A DNA stretch of 58,826 nucleotides, filler included, from Dugesia japonica (Eukaryota): the NCBI GenBank assembly GCA_001938525.1. It is 5 parts of 5 records of this genome, joined end to end, with 100 filler letters (N's around TTAATTAATTAA, not from the genome) between each part and the next. Parts side by side here need not be neighbours in the genome. Positions count along the whole stretch, not along the records: positions 48,928 to 58,826 come from MQRL01229001.1; 4 more parts are not named here. One strand, given 5' to 3'. Under the pieces are notes generated by a model. The model was not told the DNA's origin, did no database searches, and saw nothing but the letters and a program-made list of their open reading frames with translations. This document shows, in pieces, positions 55,980-58,826 of the stretch. Both the position numbers and the translations under genes were made by a program. Numbering within the stretch: the first letter of the stretch is position 1; every line of letters starts with the position of its first letter.

Positions 55980-58826
55980 TTTTGTTGAATTTAATGGACT
56001 TTTCAGAAAGTTTATCAGTAACTAACATCCATGATATATTAATATTTTCAAAAAATTTAAATAAACATAAAGAAAGAATTGAAAAAATATTTTTACGAAT
56101 TAAGAAATTGGGGCTAAACATAAATCCAAAGAAATTCAATTTTTAGTATCCAAATTAAAGTTTTTAGGTCATATTATAGGGATTATAACTGATAATTCAA
56201 AGATAGAGGCGATAAAAAATTTGTAAATCCGCGATGCATTAAACCTCTTCAAAGCTTTTTAGGTCTAACAAATTATTATCGCAAATTCATAAAATATAAT
56301 TCCCAAATTGCCAGACCATTGGAAAAATTAATTGGGAATAAAGAGGTAAATTAGTTTGGACTGAAAAATGTGAAGAAGCGTTTAAAAGTTTAAAAAATTT
56401 CTCACAAAGACACCAATATTAAGAAACCTAAATTTTCAGAAAACCTTTATTTTAGATACAGATGCAAGTTTTGATTCAATGGCGCAGTTTTATCACAAAA
56501 GGATTAATATATATAAGAAGTTATCATTGCATATAGATTGAAAAGCATGAATAAACATGAAATTGGATACGGCATAACTAGGAAGGAATTGTTATCAATT
56601 TTTGACTTTGTACAACATTTTAAACATTACTTATATGGAAAGAAATTCATTTTAAGGACAGAACATTAGGCAATCACTTTTTCCATGACTACAAAAAACC
56701 AATAACAGCTCAATTTCAAAACTGGATAAATTTCTTAAGTAGTTTGGATATGATTCTAGAATATCGTAAAAGTGAACCACACAATAACGCTGATGCCCAA
56801 TCAAGGTTAAATATAAAAGATTGAAAAAAAATGCCAAATGACCCATCAAGATGCGAAAACCGAAAGAATAAAGACAAAGATTTTGGCAATTTGAAGATAT
56901 AGAAAATGTATATAAAATGTAAAACAAATGTAATGAAATCGATTCAATCATATCAAGAATCGATATAAAATAATAAAGTAAATTTTATATGGATAAGAAC
57001 ATAGTTTTTAGCATGAGAAATAAAATATATATCCCCGTAGAAAGAAAGCAGGAGTTTGTTTTAGAAACACACAAAGAGCCGTATCATGCTGGGACTAATA
57101 AACCGATAAATTATATCTCTACATCCTATGATTTTACAAATATGAATAAAACTATCACATATGTTATAACAAGTTGTGAATTTTGTCAAAAACCTAAAAC
57201 ACTGACATGCAAAACAAAAGAAATTATTGTTAAAAGTAATGTACATGAAATATTTCAAAGCATTTTTATTGATTTTTGCGGACCATTTCAGACTACAATA
57301 ACTGAAAAAATACATTTTTACTATAATTGATCAATTTATCAAAAATATATAATTTTAAAGGTTGTTACATTGAAAGATAATAAAACCATTATGAAATTAT
57401 TAGGTTGATGCAATATAAATGCAGGTTTTTAAATTTCAACTTTAAATTAGTACAACTCAGCTTATAAACAAGTTTATTATTAGAAATAAAAACCACTAGA
57501 ATCAGCGCACTCTTGCCAACGTCAAACAAGTTTATTTATACCAGTAGAATAGAAATTCTAAGTTCTGGTCGCGATGAAGTTGGCGAAGGCGTTTTTAACA
57601 TCGTCTTAGTTTTTGAAGCATTTTTCTTGGAGAAAGTTGTCAATATGCTTGAAAAAGTGATAGTCGATGAGCGAGATGTTCGGCAATTATGGAGGATGAA
57701 GCAAAATCTCGTAGTCGAATTCGTGCAACTTCTGCAGGGTTGGTTGTGCGACGTGCAACCAAGCGTTGTCCTGGAAAAGAATTGGTCCTTTTCTCTTGAC
57801 CACTGCTGGACACATACGTTAAAGGTTCTGATGCATTTCGTCAATTTATTGACATTACTTCTCTACTGTAATCGTTTCTTATTATCAATGGCTGATGGAC
57901 GTCTGGCATGAGGCTCATCATCGAGGTCTGTATTGCCAGAACGAAACTTTTGATACAAACGTTTCACCGTACATTCGTTTCAACTTGATTCGCCCCAAAC
58001 TTCGTGGTTTTGAGCGGTTTGAGCTGCATTATGTCCTAGCTTAAACTCATAAAAGAAAATATTGCTGAAATCTATTTTCAACATCTGTGAATAAAAGCCA
58101 AATTATAGACAGAAAAAAGAATTACAATAAATTTTAAATAAATATTTTGAAATAGCAGAAGATAAGCTTACAAATGATATATAACTTACTCATCTAAACT
58201 TGAAGTAAATACAAAACATCAAAAACCTGCATTCATATTGCAGGATTTTAAAATTTGGGTCCCCCAAAACAGTTCATGTAGATAGAGGCAAAGGTTTTGA
58301 ATCACACTTATTAAGAAATTTGTCAGAAAGATTTAATTTCGATATTATTTATTCAAGTCCCTATTATCACCAAGCCAATGGACAAATAGAAAGACAATTT
58401 CGTACAATAAGATATTGGCTATTGCAGTTTTAAGTACCAATTACTTAAAAATTGGGAAGATGCACTACAACATATAGAATTTGCTTTGAATGCGACAACC
58501 CAAAAATGTTTTAAATGTAGACCAGCAGAAATTGTTTTTGGCAAAAACATAAACAAAAACATGTTTATCCATGATATTCCAGATTGTGGAGATAAATTAG
58601 AATATATTAAATTGTTAAATGATGTTCGGTGCGAAAGAAAGGAAGTTATTCATAGTACTTATTTATAATTAATGATTACAATAATTATCAAAAAATTCGG
58701 ACACTTCAAAATTAGTAATAATGTGCTGGTAAAAACAGACATAAAAGATAAACAGGATAATAGATACAGAGGACCTTAGAAAACTATAAATGAAATAAAC
58801 AATAATAGTTTTAAATTGAGAAATTC
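55980..58826 (+). mobile_element. Gypsy RT-RNase H-integrase remnant interrupted by mariner
   Basis: KFLGH, NYYRKF, DTDAS, FKHYLYG, HNNADA, CEFCQ, IDFCGP, HVDRG, SSPYYHQANGQIER. Confidence 0.92.
57398..58242 (-). mobile_element. Internally deleted mariner nested in the Gypsy integrase
   Basis: TIR TGCAATATAAATGCAGGTTTT / AAAACCTGCATTCATATTGCA; FFYEFKLGHNAAQTA. Confidence 0.9.

Noticed and set aside
57513-57911. 132-aa plus-strand ORF
   Set aside because: Antisense shadow of the mariner transposase.

Overview
AT-rich eukaryotic draft-assembly sequence, probably a triclad flatworm (inferred from the 18S fragment, (TAA)n microsatellites, 40-55 nt introns and many mariner relics; not proven). 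The window is not contiguous: four identical 100-nt spacers (44N-TTAATTAATTAA-44N) join five separate contigs (1-14080, 14181-25269, 25370-36844, 36945-48827, 48928-58826). Most of the sequence is decayed transposable elements: Ty3/Gypsy, mariner, pogo/Tigger, hAT, an RLE-type (NeSL/R2-like) non-LTR element, a partial Polinton/Maverick and Penelope-like hammerhead remnants. Two host-gene candidates are missed or mis-framed by the ORF track. The first and most interesting is a minus-strand gene (10473-11458) for a small, probably secreted, Cys-rich peptide. It is built from symmetric micro-exons (45 and 24 nt) present as two tandem cassettes, separated by a TSD-flanked hairpin insertion with a hammerhead-like core, and is a candidate for mutually exclusive cassette splicing. 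The second is a plus-strand Ig-like gene (21321-22072). All calls come from manual reading and translation; no searches were run.
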